Origin: a virus
Reading direction: 5' to 3' (one strand)
IMG/VR virus record: IMGVR_UViG_3300032246_001967
Location: 64,325-128,324 of that record
Length of the DNA: 64,000 nt
Shown: in pieces, positions 19,640 through 28,793 of the stretch
Numbering within the stretch: the stretch's first letter is position 1
Layout of the letters: every line of letters begins with the position of its first letter
The notes under the pieces: generated by a model
The model's input: the letters and a program-made list of their open reading frames with translations, nothing else
The model's database searches: none
Told to the model about the DNA's origin: nothing
Translations under genes and position numbers: made by a program

Positions 19640-19897
19640 ATGGGTAATTTTGATTTAAAAAAATATTTAATAGAAAATAGAGATATCTCTAAAAAAGTAA
19701 TAAATGAAGTTGATGGTGAACCTTTTGATTATGAATGGGGAAAAGGTGTTAGCGTAGGAGGAATAACTCCTTCATCTTTGACATTTTATTTTGATAAAAA
19801 ACTAAACAAACTAATTTATAAATATGATAATACATCTGGAATTTTATCCAGTACCGATTTAAAACAATTACACGATTTTTTAAGTCAATATATTTAA
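19640..19897 (+). CDS. Hypothetical protein with N-terminal NFDLKKYL motif
   Basis: 85 aa ORF directly after TATTTATT. Confidence 0.55.
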   Translation: MGNFDLKKYLIENRDISKKVINEVDGEPFDYEWGKGVSVGGITPSSLTFYFDKKLNKLIYKYDNTSGILSSTDLKQLHDFLSQYI

Positions 19898-19917
19898 CAA
19901 TAAAAAACATTCAACAT

Positions 19918-19950
19918 AAGCTTGGGAAACCAAGCTTTCTTTTTTATATT
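19918..19950 (+). terminator. Intrinsic terminator overlapping a TTGG-N19-TATATT promoter
   Basis: AAGCTTGG-gaaa-CCAAGCTT followed by a T-rich tract. Confidence 0.75.
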
Positions 19951-19956
19951 TATATT

Positions 19957-20223
19957 ATGAAAAAAATTAATATTGAAGAATATAATAACATGTGTTTTGA
20001 GTTTCTTTATGGATACACTCAAAACTTAGAAAATATAAAATTCGATTCTGATTGGAATAACATAATGAAAATTGTTAAAAAAATTTATTCTTATTTAGAA
20101 CCTAGTCATAATCTAAAATTTGATCTTATACAAAGAGTAGGTAGAGGTGATATAGAAGGAACAATAAAAATAATATGGGAATTTTTAAACAATGATGTGA
20201 AAAATCATGTTCCAAAAAATTAA
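19957..20223 (+). CDS. Hypothetical protein
   Basis: 88 aa ORF after a promoter. Confidence 0.55.
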   Translation: MKKINIEEYNNMCFEFLYGYTQNLENIKFDSDWNNIMKIVKKIYSYLEPSHNLKFDLIQRVGRGDIEGTIKIIWEFLNNDVKNHVPKN

Positions 20224-21394
20224 AAACCGAATATTTCCTTTTATTATAGCGTTATCTGCTTTATCAGTAAGTTTAACCGCTGCTTATTATAGCGTTACAG
20301 GTTTAAGTATGTTGTTTGCTGGAGCTAGTTTTGCTGTAATAATTATGGCTTCTTCTTTAGAAGTAGCTAAATTAGTAATTGCTTCTTTATTATATCAATA
20401 TAGAAACACTTTACCTAAATTATTAAAAGTTTATTTAACCATTGCTGCTGTTGTGTTAGTACTAATTACATCAGCAGGTATTTATGGTTACTTATCTTCA
20501 GCATACCAAAAAACAGCAGACCAAACTAGTATTATAGAGTCTAAAGTAGCATCCTTAGAATCCAAAAAGAAATTATTTGAGGAAACTAGAGATAATATTT
20601 TAAAAGAAAAACAATCTATTGCTACTTTACAAGGTACTTTATCTCAAGCTTCAACTACTCAATTTACCGATAAAAAAGGTAATTTAGTAGTAAAATCTAA
20701 TAATGCTGCTATTCGTAATATTGAATCTGCATCTAAATCAAACGATAAATTATCTTCTAAAATAGATGTTGTAAATGATTCTATATTTTCTATTGAATCT
20801 AAAATATTAGAAATTAAAACAACAGCAGTTGGAGAAAGTGAATTAGGTCCTTTAAAATATTTAAGTGCACTTACAGGAGTACCTATGGAAAAAATCATCA
20901 ACTGGTATATTTTAGTTATTATATTTGTGTTTGACCCTTTAGCTATATCTTTAGTAATCGCAGCTAACTTTGCTTTCGCTAAACTAAAACAAAATGAACT
21001 TATGACTGAAATAATCCAGAGAGATCAAGAAATGGGTCTCTATGATAATAAAGATTTAGAGGAAATGAAGGAATGGGAAAAAGCTAGTTTAGAAGATTAC
21101 ATTGATCCTGAAGAAAAAGAATATGAGATCTATAAAGAACAGGATAAGGAATTTCAACAAAAAGAAGAACCTCAACCTCAACCAGAACCTAAAGAAGAAG
21201 ATGATTGGGTTATTATAGATGAAGATACTGAACGGGAAAAAGAAGTAGAAGCTGCTTTAGATAAAATTGAGGCTTTAACTAGCAATATAAGTAGTCCTGA
21301 AAATTTTAAAAAAGAAGCAACATTAAATGAAATTAGAAAATTAAAAGATTTTTTAAAATCAAATAATAAAGAAAACACTATAACTTATTTTTAA
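20207..21394 (+). CDS. Multi-pass membrane protein with coiled coil
   Basis: Three N-terminal hydrophobic helices, a coiled coil, a further helix (IFVFDPLAI), acidic tail. Confidence 0.7.
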   Translation: MFQKIKNRIFPFIIALSALSVSLTAAYYSVTGLSMLFAGASFAVIIMASSLEVAKLVIASLLYQYRNTLPKLLKVYLTIAAVVLVLITSAGIYGYLSSAYQKTADQTSIIESKVASLESKKKLFEETRDNILKEKQSIATLQGTLSQASTTQFTDKKGNLVVKSNNAAIRNIESASKSNDKLSSKIDVVNDSIFSIESKILEIKTTAVGESELGPLKYLSALTGVPMEKIINWYILVIIFVFDPLAISLVIAANFAFAKLKQNELMTEIIQRDQEMGLYDNKDLEEMKEWEKASLEDYIDPEEKEYEIYKEQDKEFQQKEEPQPQPEPKEEDDWVIIDEDTEREKEVEAALDKIEALTSNISSPENFKKEATLNEIRKLKDFLKSNNKENTITYF

Positions 21395-21399
21395 AGAAA

Positions 21400-21432
21400 G
21401 GGCTTGGCTTTGCCAAGCCTTTTTGTTATATT
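21400..21432 (+). terminator. Intrinsic terminator overlapping a TTGG-N19-TATATT promoter
   Basis: GGGCTTGGC-ttt-GCCAAGCCT followed by TTTTG. Confidence 0.8.
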
Positions 21433-21450
21433 TATATCATAATAAAGGTT

Positions 21451-21681
21451 ATGATGAATCAAGAAGATATTTACCAAGCAGAACAAGAATTAGTTCGTTT
21501 TAATGAATTAATGAGTAAAGAAGTTCTTACTCAAGAAGAATATGAGTTTTGTAAAGCATGGGATGCTGAAGAAGCTAAAAATTTAGTTCATATTATTTGG
21601 AATAATACTTATTTAAACTTAAATTTATATTCTGAGGCAGACAAAGAAGAATCTGATCTAAGAAAGGAAATGGGAATTTAA
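21451..21681 (+). CDS. Hypothetical protein
   Basis: 76 aa, AAGGTTATG start after a promoter. Confidence 0.55.
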   Translation: MMNQEDIYQAEQELVRFNELMSKEVLTQEEYEFCKAWDAEEAKNLVHIIWNNTYLNLNLYSEADKEESDLRKEMGI

Positions 21682-21682
21682 T

Positions 21683-22162
21683 ATGCATTCAAGAGAAGTT
21701 ATTCAAAAACATTTATCCAAATTACAAAAACTAAATTATAACCAATTCAGATGGTGGAGAAACTATAGTGTCCCAAAACCATTACCTAAATCTACTCATA
21801 TTGAAAAAAGAATAGATAATGGTGATTTTGAACCATCTCCTTATTTTTGGATGGCTCAATCAGCATTATGGGAAAAACACGATAGTGATAATTCAGGATT
21901 GACAGATTATGAAAGAGCTAAACGGGGTGGTTTATTGTTAGGTAAATATGAGCGTTTAATGGCTGATTTTGAATCAGATGATAAAGATAGATTAGATAAT
22001 TTTATCCATGCTATTTATGATTATTTTGAAATAGACAAAGATGTTGCTGAAGAAGAGATTAAAGCGTTTGGCTTGTCTGTGAAAGATTATTATATTTATG
22101 CTAATAAAAAATACACAGTAAGGAGAGTAGCTCCTAAAAGACGTGGAAGACCTAAAAAATAA
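21683..22162 (+). CDS. Hypothetical protein with C-terminal AT-hook-like RRGRPKK
   Basis: 159 aa ORF. Confidence 0.6.
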   Translation: MHSREVIQKHLSKLQKLNYNQFRWWRNYSVPKPLPKSTHIEKRIDNGDFEPSPYFWMAQSALWEKHDSDNSGLTDYERAKRGGLLLGKYERLMADFESDDKDRLDNFIHAIYDYFEIDKDVAEEEIKAFGLSVKDYYIYANKKYTVRRVAPKRRGRPKK

Positions 22163-22167
22163 GTTAT

Positions 22168-22944
22168 ATGAAGATATCACATGAAGTTCCTATTTGTTTG
22201 CTAGATGATAGTCTAGACTTTAATGACTATCAATATTGTTTACCTCACTTGCTAGATCAAGATGAGGATTATAAAAAGTTTTTTTATGAAGCTAAAAAAG
22301 AAGGTGTTTATATTATAATGGACAACTCGCTTCATGAACTTGGTCATGCATATGATAGATCTCGTTTAATATATTGGATAAATGAGTTAAAACCAAATGA
22401 ATTTATTGTACCTGACGTTTGGCAAGATACAAATGCTTCTGTAGTTAATGCTAGAGAATGGATCAATATTGAATTACCTAATGAAGTTACTAAAGTAGCT
22501 GTTGTTCAAGCTACTAATTATACCGATGCTGCTGTTTGCTATCAGATTTATAAGGATCTAGGTTATAAGAAAATTGCCTTTTCATATGGTGCTGAATATT
22601 ATTTAAATCATTCACATCATCCTAATAAAAATTTAGCTAAAGCATTAGGTCGTATTGAGGTAGTTAGTAGAATGTATGATATGGGTTTAATTAAATCAAC
22701 AGATAGAGTACATTTATTAGGTTGTCAAGTACCTCAAGAATTTAGTTGGTATAAAGGTATGAATTTTATCGAAACTATTGATACATCAAATCCTATTATG
22801 GCTACTTTAGATGGTATTCAATACGGTCATAATGGTTTAAGAGAAAAACCAAAATCAAATATGAATGATAATTTTTATACTACAGAAATTGATTATAACT
22901 TACTTGATTGGAATTTGAGAATGTTTAGAAAATTATTAAAATAA
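22168..22944 (+). CDS. dpdA: TGT-fold transglycosylase, DpdA-like (7-deazaguanine insertion)
   Basis: TGT motifs in order: IIMDNS, FIVPDV, VAVVQ, IAFSYG, VHLLG, TIDTSNP; queC/D/E/folE nearby. Confidence 0.7.
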   Translation: MKISHEVPICLLDDSLDFNDYQYCLPHLLDQDEDYKKFFYEAKKEGVYIIMDNSLHELGHAYDRSRLIYWINELKPNEFIVPDVWQDTNASVVNAREWINIELPNEVTKVAVVQATNYTDAAVCYQIYKDLGYKKIAFSYGAEYYLNHSHHPNKNLAKALGRIEVVSRMYDMGLIKSTDRVHLLGCQVPQEFSWYKGMNFIETIDTSNPIMATLDGIQYGHNGLREKPKSNMNDNFYTTEIDYNLLDWNLRMFRKLLK

Positions 22945-23423
22945 TGCAAGTATTTTTACCATACCCCGACTTTAAAACATCTTTAGAATCTCTAGACGAT
23001 AAACGTTTAGGTAAACAAAGAGTTGAAACTTATCAATTAATTGCTGGTTTAGAAGGTAGACCAACATTAACTGGTAAAGCATATTCTAAAGGCCGAGTTA
23101 ACCACCCTATAAGCCAGATGTTTAGAGATAATATACCTGCGTTGAAACAATATTTAAACGACTCTATAGACGTTTGGGTTGCTCGAGGTAAAAATAACAC
23201 TATGAAAAAAGAAGTGATTAATGAAGAAATCATTATGCCTGTTTGGTTTGGTGATTCTGATTTTCATAAATCACATAGAGCAAATCTTTTAAGAAAAGAT
23301 GCTATTTATTATGGCGCGCATGGTTGGACAGATAATCCTACTTTACCTTATAGATGGTATGATATGGATAAAAAACAATGGTATGACCAAACAGCAGGAA
23401 CTAAAGAAAAAATATATATTTAA
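22944..23423 (+). CDS. Pyrimidine-dimer DNA glycosylase-like (DenV/MSMEG_6728 family)
   Basis: MQVFLPYPDF...LDDKRLGKQRVE...NHP...SHRANLLRKD. Confidence 0.8.
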   Translation: MQVFLPYPDFKTSLESLDDKRLGKQRVETYQLIAGLEGRPTLTGKAYSKGRVNHPISQMFRDNIPALKQYLNDSIDVWVARGKNNTMKKEVINEEIIMPVWFGDSDFHKSHRANLLRKDAIYYGAHGWTDNPTLPYRWYDMDKKQWYDQTAGTKEKIYI

Positions 23424-23430
23424 ATAAGTT

Positions 23431-23655
23431 ATGGAAGAAATGTTATCACTTTATGATTACCTAGGAAAACCAGCAGGTAAAGAATTAGGAGGAGATGTAT
23501 TTAAATCTGCTTCATCTAAAAATGTCCCTTATTCACTTCGTGAAATCTCAAACATTAAATATAAAGGTAAAGTAATGCTTTATCCTAAATGGTTTTTAGA
23601 CGAATATTTTAACAAAACAACTCAAAACTATGAAACAGACGACCTCCCCTTCTAA
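23431..23655 (+). CDS. Hypothetical protein
   Basis: 74 aa; SLYDYLG...VMLYP; ends DDLPF. Confidence 0.55.
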   Translation: MEEMLSLYDYLGKPAGKELGGDVFKSASSKNVPYSLREISNIKYKGKVMLYPKWFLDEYFNKTTQNYETDDLPF

Positions 23656-23659
23656 ACAA

Positions 23660-23791
23660 ATGAAAGACATCAATCCAGCTTGGGAAGCAGAGATTAAAAA
23701 AACATTAGATGCTTTGTGGGAAAATAGACATCGCCTAAGTTTGGCTAATGTAGAACTTTTACGTAGATTTGCTAACAAAACAAAATTATAA
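23660..23791 (+). CDS. Small hypothetical protein (43 aa, not in ORF track)
   Basis: MKDINPAWEAEIKK... fills the gap between neighbours. Confidence 0.45.
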   Translation: MKDINPAWEAEIKKTLDALWENRHRLSLANVELLRRFANKTKL

Positions 23792-23792
23792 T

Positions 23793-24230
23793 ATGGAACC
23801 ACATACATTTACAACTACAGGAACATCAAACACGGCCATTGGCTATGAACAAACAGGGTACAGCGGTATAGTGACAACCGGAAACAGTAACCTTGATTAC
23901 GGAACTATTACCAACTTTAAAACCTCAGGAACAACATACACAACTGAAGGCCTTAACATACAACCCTTTACTTTTTCCCACCCAGTTGGGGGTACAACAT
24001 TAACAGTAAACAATACAACAAATAATAGAATTATGCAAAACAAAGTAGCAATTTTTAAAGTAACAAGAGACGAAGACGAAAAAATCATTAAGACCGAATT
24101 TTTAAAAGAAATGTGGGTAGAAACTAAAAACGGACAAACAGTAGATTTTCAAGTAGCTAGAGACAAAGATTTAGCTGGTTATGAAATGTCTGATTTAATT
24201 ATTAAAACTATCTTTTCATTAACATTCTAA
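23793..24230 (+). CDS. Hypothetical protein with Thr-rich N-terminus
   Basis: ATG at 23793 after the 23741 promoter; alternative start at 24033. Confidence 0.5.
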   Translation: MEPHTFTTTGTSNTAIGYEQTGYSGIVTTGNSNLDYGTITNFKTSGTTYTTEGLNIQPFTFSHPVGGTTLTVNNTTNNRIMQNKVAIFKVTRDEDEKIIKTEFLKEMWVETKNGQTVDFQVARDKDLAGYEMSDLIIKTIFSLTF

Positions 24231-25117
24231 TGAAGAAACAAGCAGTATTATCATTGAGTGGAGGTATGGATTCTTCCACTCTACTGCTTCATCTACTTGC
24301 CAATGGCTATGAAGTAACAGCATTATCTTTTGACTATGGTCAAAAACACTCTATTGAATTGGAGCGTGCTAAAGAATTAGTTAATTATTTAAATCAAACC
24401 AGATATCAAAATAATAGAGCCCCAGGTCCTTTACAGGGGAGTAAAGAAGATTACTCACCAATTAAATATCAAGTAATTAAACTTGATGGTTTAAGCCAAT
24501 TGCTCAATTCAGCACTTGTAACAGGCGGAGATGAAGTTCCTGAAGGACATTATGCTGAAGAAAATATGAAAGCAACTGTTGTTCCTAATAGGAATAAAAT
24601 CTTTAGTTCAATTATTCAAGCAGTAGCTTTATCAATTGCTGAATCTAAAAATACAGATGTTCACATCGCAATGGGTATTCATGCTGGTGATCATAGTATT
24701 TATCCTGATTGTAGACAAGAATTTAGAGACATTGATTATGAAGCTTTTAAAGTAGGTAATTGGGGTGCTGAAAAAGTAGCTTATTATACTCCTTATTTAT
24801 TAGGTGATAAATTCGATATTTTAAAAGATGGAGAGAAATGTTGTGAGACATTAGGACTTGATTTTGATGAAATTTATAGACGTACAAACACATCTTATAA
24901 ACCAATGGTTCATATTGTTTTTGATAATTACGATAATCCATCACCAGAATGGTTTAGTGATTATAAATCAGCAAGTTCAGTAGAACGTGTAGAAGCATTT
25001 ATGAAATTAGGTAGAAAAGATCCTGTACCTTATGCTGACGAATTTGGACCAGTAACTTGGGATTTCGTAAAAGAATACGTATCTTCAGTATTAGATGAGC
25101 ATTCGAAGACAATATAG
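24230..25117 (+). CDS. queC: 7-cyano-7-deazaguanine synthase
   Basis: SLSGGMDS, FDYGQKH, TVVPNRN, YPDCR motifs. Confidence 0.92.
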   Translation: MKKQAVLSLSGGMDSSTLLLHLLANGYEVTALSFDYGQKHSIELERAKELVNYLNQTRYQNNRAPGPLQGSKEDYSPIKYQVIKLDGLSQLLNSALVTGGDEVPEGHYAEENMKATVVPNRNKIFSSIIQAVALSIAESKNTDVHIAMGIHAGDHSIYPDCRQEFRDIDYEAFKVGNWGAEKVAYYTPYLLGDKFDILKDGEKCCETLGLDFDEIYRRTNTSYKPMVHIVFDNYDNPSPEWFSDYKSASSVERVEAFMKLGRKDPVPYADEFGPVTWDFVKEYVSSVLDEHSKTI

Positions 25118-25310
25118 AAAATCAAAACCGTATCCTCAAATGTATGTGGTACTTAATAGGCATGGAGAGGTTTATGCTGGAATGATTAAAGGACAATTAC
25201 AATGGTCTTATAATTGGAATGAAGCTAAACCTCTTCATATTGAAAATACAACTAAATTGATCCAAGAAAATTTTGGATCTGAATTAATTAAAGAAGAAGA
25301 AATTATATGA
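25095..25310 (+). CDS. Hypothetical protein
   Basis: 71 aa ORF. Confidence 0.5.
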   Translation: MSIRRQYRKSKPYPQMYVVLNRHGEVYAGMIKGQLQWSYNWNEAKPLHIENTTKLIQENFGSELIKEEEII

Positions 25311-25462
25311 ATCAACCAGACCCAAAACTACATCAGTCAATCAGCTTTTTAAAATCAGCTGTTAGAATCTCTGGTTATGTTGCTCTATTTTGGAGCCTTA
25401 GCCTTGGAGCAATTATTTTAATTATTAGTGAACTTATAGGAATTATTGAAGAATTAGTATGA
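25307..25462 (+). CDS. Small membrane protein (51 aa, not in ORF track)
   Basis: MNQPDPKLHQSISFLKSAVRISG...LGAIILIISELIGIIEELV; ATGA overlap. Confidence 0.55.
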   Translation: MNQPDPKLHQSISFLKSAVRISGYVALFWSLSLGAIILIISELIGIIEELV

Positions 25463-25499
25463 GATTGGTGTGTTCCTTGATTTTGTAATATTTATAAAC

Positions 25500-26081
25500 A
25501 TGGAACACACTAAAATTTACTATTTACATTTTGGAGATAATATTCCTTTTTATGTTGGAAAAACTAAAAATAAATACCATAGATTAGCTAATCATAAAAA
25601 AACATTTGGAAATAACATACATATGAAAATAATTTCCGAAGTTTTAAATTGGCGTAAATGGGAAAAATATTATATTGAAAAATTTAAAAAACAAGGATAT
25701 ATTCTTCAAAATAAAAATAGCGGAGGAGGAGGACCTGAAGAATGGAAAGAAGAATCAATCCAAAAACTTAAATTTCATCCTACTAGAGGTAAAAATATAA
25801 GTAATTCTCATAAAGGAAAATCTAAATCTCATAAAGGAAAACCTCTTACTGAAGAACATAAACAAAAAATCAAACAAACCCGAGGTTTTTTAAAAAATAG
25901 AAAAAATACTTGGCAAACAATTCCTGTATTACAATATAGTTTAGAAGGTAAATTTATTAAAGAGTGGGAATCTCAAACAGAAGCTACTAAATCTTTAAAT
26001 AAAACAGGAGATGGAATAGGAGCTTGTTGTAGAGGAAGACAAAAACAAGCTTATGGTTATATTTGGAAATTTAAAAATTAA
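25500..26081 (+). CDS. GIY-YIG homing endonuclease with NUMOD domains
   Basis: KIYYL...FYVGKT...RL..H; C-terminal AYGYIWKF; ATG 25500 follows TATTTATA. Confidence 0.8.
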   Translation: MEHTKIYYLHFGDNIPFYVGKTKNKYHRLANHKKTFGNNIHMKIISEVLNWRKWEKYYIEKFKKQGYILQNKNSGGGGPEEWKEESIQKLKFHPTRGKNISNSHKGKSKSHKGKPLTEEHKQKIKQTRGFLKNRKNTWQTIPVLQYSLEGKFIKEWESQTEATKSLNKTGDGIGACCRGRQKQAYGYIWKFKN

Positions 26082-26098
26082 ATATTATATTAAAACAT

Positions 26099-26344
26099 AT
26101 GAAAAAATTATTTTATTTTACTAGTTTAGGATGTGTTCCTTGCCAAACGTTTAGTCCAATAATGGAGCAAATATCGGCTTTAATACCTGTAGAAAAAGTT
26201 ATTACAGATTATGAAATGAGTAAAGCAATATCAGCAAATGTAAGATCAGTTCCTACTGTAATACTTGTAGAAAATGAACAAGAAGTTAGAAGATTTACAG
26301 GAGCAAAAAGTTATCAAGACGTAATGAATTTTATTAATGGGTAA
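26099..26344 (+). CDS. Thioredoxin
   Basis: CVPC active site; VRSVPT. Confidence 0.8.
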   Translation: MKKLFYFTSLGCVPCQTFSPIMEQISALIPVEKVITDYEMSKAISANVRSVPTVILVENEQEVRRFTGAKSYQDVMNFING

Positions 26345-26810
26345 GTATCAATCAACAAAATTATTTGATAACTACTCAGTAGCAATTAGACAGTGGAAAG
26401 CTCAACATTCACACTGTCAGTTGTTGCATGGGTATGCTTTAAAATTTAAAGTATGGTTTGAATCAGTAGAACCACTAGAAGAAAATCAGTTAGACGAGAT
26501 GAACTGGATTCAGGATTATGGTGGGTTTAAATCAGCACCTCAAGGTAATGGTTTAAAAGACTGGATGGATTATATGTGGGACCATACTTTATTAATTGAA
26601 AAAGATGATCCGTATTTAGATTTATTCGAGTCGATGAATCCAACAGTATGCCATTTAAGAGTAATGGATAAGATTGGAGCTGAAAGTGCTGCTAAATTAG
26701 TTTTTGATAAATTCAATGATGTTTTATCAAAACAAGGTGGTGGACGTGTTAAAGTAACAAAAGTAGAATGTTGGGAAGCTGACAAAAACAGTTCAATTTA
26801 TCAAGAGTAA
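26337..26810 (+). CDS. queD: 6-carboxytetrahydropterin synthase
   Basis: HCQLLHGY, DYGG, WDH, ECWE motifs. Confidence 0.88.
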   Translation: MGKYQSTKLFDNYSVAIRQWKAQHSHCQLLHGYALKFKVWFESVEPLEENQLDEMNWIQDYGGFKSAPQGNGLKDWMDYMWDHTLLIEKDDPYLDLFESMNPTVCHLRVMDKIGAESAAKLVFDKFNDVLSKQGGGRVKVTKVECWEADKNSSIYQE

Positions 26811-27601
26811 TGACAACAGAAATTAAAAAACCAGGTCGTATTACCGATTATAGTAAAAAATTACCTATCCTTGAAATTTATACCTGTGTTCAATCAGAAG
26901 GTTCAAGACAGGGTAGACCTACAGTAGCAATTAGAACCACAGGATGTACTCATAGATGTTGGTTTGGTGAAGGTGGATGGTGTGATAGTTGGTATACAAG
27001 TATTCATCCTGAAAAAGGTATTTATACTTTCAACGACATTGTTAAGATTTATGATGAGAATCCACATATTAGAGAGATGATGTTAACAGGTGGTTCACCA
27101 ACAATGCAACCTGATTTAGTTAATGAACTAACTCACTTTGCTTATCAACGTGGTATATTTATTACTATTGAAACGGAGGGTTCCCATTATGTTGAAACAG
27201 ATTATCCTATTGGTCTTATCTCTTTGTCTCCTAAGTTCTCTAATAGTGTGCCTCGTATTGATGTCACCACTCCTCTTGGTAAGTTGGTTGACCAAAAAAT
27301 GATTGACCAGCATAACAAGCTTAGATTAAATAGAGAAGCAATTAGACAAATGTTAGATTATCATGCTGACTACCATTACAAGCCAGTTTGGGACGGCACA
27401 GCTGAATGCTTGGCTGAGATTGAAGAATTCAGACAGGAAATGGATATTCCAAAATGGAAAACCTGGTTGATGCCTGCAGGCGATACTAGAGAGACTTTAA
27501 TTGAGATGTATCCAAAATCCATTGAGTTATGTATGGAGATGGGTTATTGTTGGACAGGTAGAGATCATATCATAGCATATGATCAAAAACGTGCCGTCTG
27601 A
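26810..27601 (+). CDS. queE: 7-carboxy-7-deazaguanine synthase (radical SAM)
   Basis: QSEG, RTTGCTHRC...WCDS, LTGG, IETEG, SLSPK. Confidence 0.9.
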   Translation: MTTEIKKPGRITDYSKKLPILEIYTCVQSEGSRQGRPTVAIRTTGCTHRCWFGEGGWCDSWYTSIHPEKGIYTFNDIVKIYDENPHIREMMLTGGSPTMQPDLVNELTHFAYQRGIFITIETEGSHYVETDYPIGLISLSPKFSNSVPRIDVTTPLGKLVDQKMIDQHNKLRLNREAIRQMLDYHADYHYKPVWDGTAECLAEIEEFRQEMDIPKWKTWLMPAGDTRETLIEMYPKSIELCMEMGYCWTGRDHIIAYDQKRAV

Positions 27602-27649
27602 TTACAATAAAAAATTGGAAAATTAAATAAAATTTATTATATTAGAGTT

Positions 27650-27871
27650 ATGACAACACAAGAATTAGAAAAATTATTACTAAAGTCTTCAGATAGCCAT
27701 CCCTACAGAGGTAAATTATCTAGAAAAGAAAACATTGAAGCAGCAATTGATTTAGCTAACTTATGTAAAGATTTTGCTTCAAAAGGTATGAAAGATGAAG
27801 CAATGAATATACCTGTTGAACAATGGGATGAAGTTATCAATACACTACATAACACTAAGACAGCAGTTTAA
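27650..27871 (+). CDS. Hypothetical protein
   Basis: 73 aa after a promoter. Confidence 0.5.
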   Translation: MTTQELEKLLLKSSDSHPYRGKLSRKENIEAAIDLANLCKDFASKGMKDEAMNIPVEQWDEVINTLHNTKTAV

Positions 27872-27887
27872 TTACATATAAAAAGTT

Positions 27888-28127
27888 ATGGGAAATTTAA
27901 GAAATAGGTACACAAGTGAAGAATGGGATGAACTAGATTCTAAAATTAAAGCTGATAAAAAGCAAGGTAAGCCAAGTGAAAGGGTGTTGTATTTATCTAT
28001 TGTAGGTAAAGATGTTAATGAACTTATACATCTTAGAAATACTCTTTATAATTTTTACAGCCATGATGAATTATCAACTTTAAATGAGTGGATTAATTGG
28101 AAAGCCTTTAAACAACAAGAACAATAA
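27888..28127 (+). CDS. Hypothetical protein
   Basis: 79 aa, AAGTTATG start. Confidence 0.5.
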   Translation: MGNLRNRYTSEEWDELDSKIKADKKQGKPSERVLYLSIVGKDVNELIHLRNTLYNFYSHDELSTLNEWINWKAFKQQEQ

Positions 28128-28140
28128 AAGCAACAATTTA

Positions 28141-28542
28141 ATGGACTTACTATCAACACATCCTGTTAAAAAATTAGATTTAGGTTTCCATGGCAATCTA
28201 TTCGGCGGGCAATTGCTTAGCTGGATAGATGCCGCGGTTGCTGCTTATGCAATGGAAAAATGTAGAAGTCAAAATATGATTACTATTGCCATTGATGAGT
28301 GTGTATTTAAAAAACCAGCCAAAGAAAAAAATCTAGTTAAGATATACGCTGAAATGATTAAGGTAGGAAATACATCTGCTACTTTTAAAGTAGAAGCAAG
28401 AGCTTATAATGTATTTAGAGGTGATGAAGTCACTTTATTATCTACAAGTATGACTTTTGTAAGAGTAGATGATGAAGGAATACCTATTTCAATTTCTAAA
28501 CAAGTAAAAGACCAATTTAATCCTCCTCCAACTAAACTTTAA
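28141..28542 (+). CDS. Acyl-CoA thioesterase (hotdog fold, YciA-like)
   Basis: GNLFGGQLLSWIDAA, F.KP, VGNTS, FVRVD; ATG 28141 is the likelier start. Confidence 0.85.
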   Translation: MDLLSTHPVKKLDLGFHGNLFGGQLLSWIDAAVAAYAMEKCRSQNMITIAIDECVFKKPAKEKNLVKIYAEMIKVGNTSATFKVEARAYNVFRGDEVTLLSTSMTFVRVDDEGIPISISKQVKDQFNPPPTKL

Positions 28543-28553
28543 TATTTATAATA

Positions 28554-28793
28554 ATGAAAATAACATATTTTTATACTAACGAATGTGGTAAATGTGCTGA
28601 ATTAAAACCTTTAATTACTGAATTTAGTAAGGCTGTAGGAATTAAAATGATTAATACTCATGAAGAAGAATTAATTACTGAAGCATATAAAATTGAATGG
28701 GTACCTACCTTAGTTATTGAAGATAGTAACGGTAAACATCATTTTGATGGTGTTAGTGAAATCAAAGAAGTTTTAAAAAAATTAGTAAAATGA
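28554..28793 (+). CDS. Thioredoxin-like protein
   Basis: CGKC; IEWVPTL. Confidence 0.75.
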   Translation: MKITYFYTNECGKCAELKPLITEFSKAVGIKMINTHEEELITEAYKIEWVPTLVIEDSNGKHHFDGVSEIKEVLKKLVK

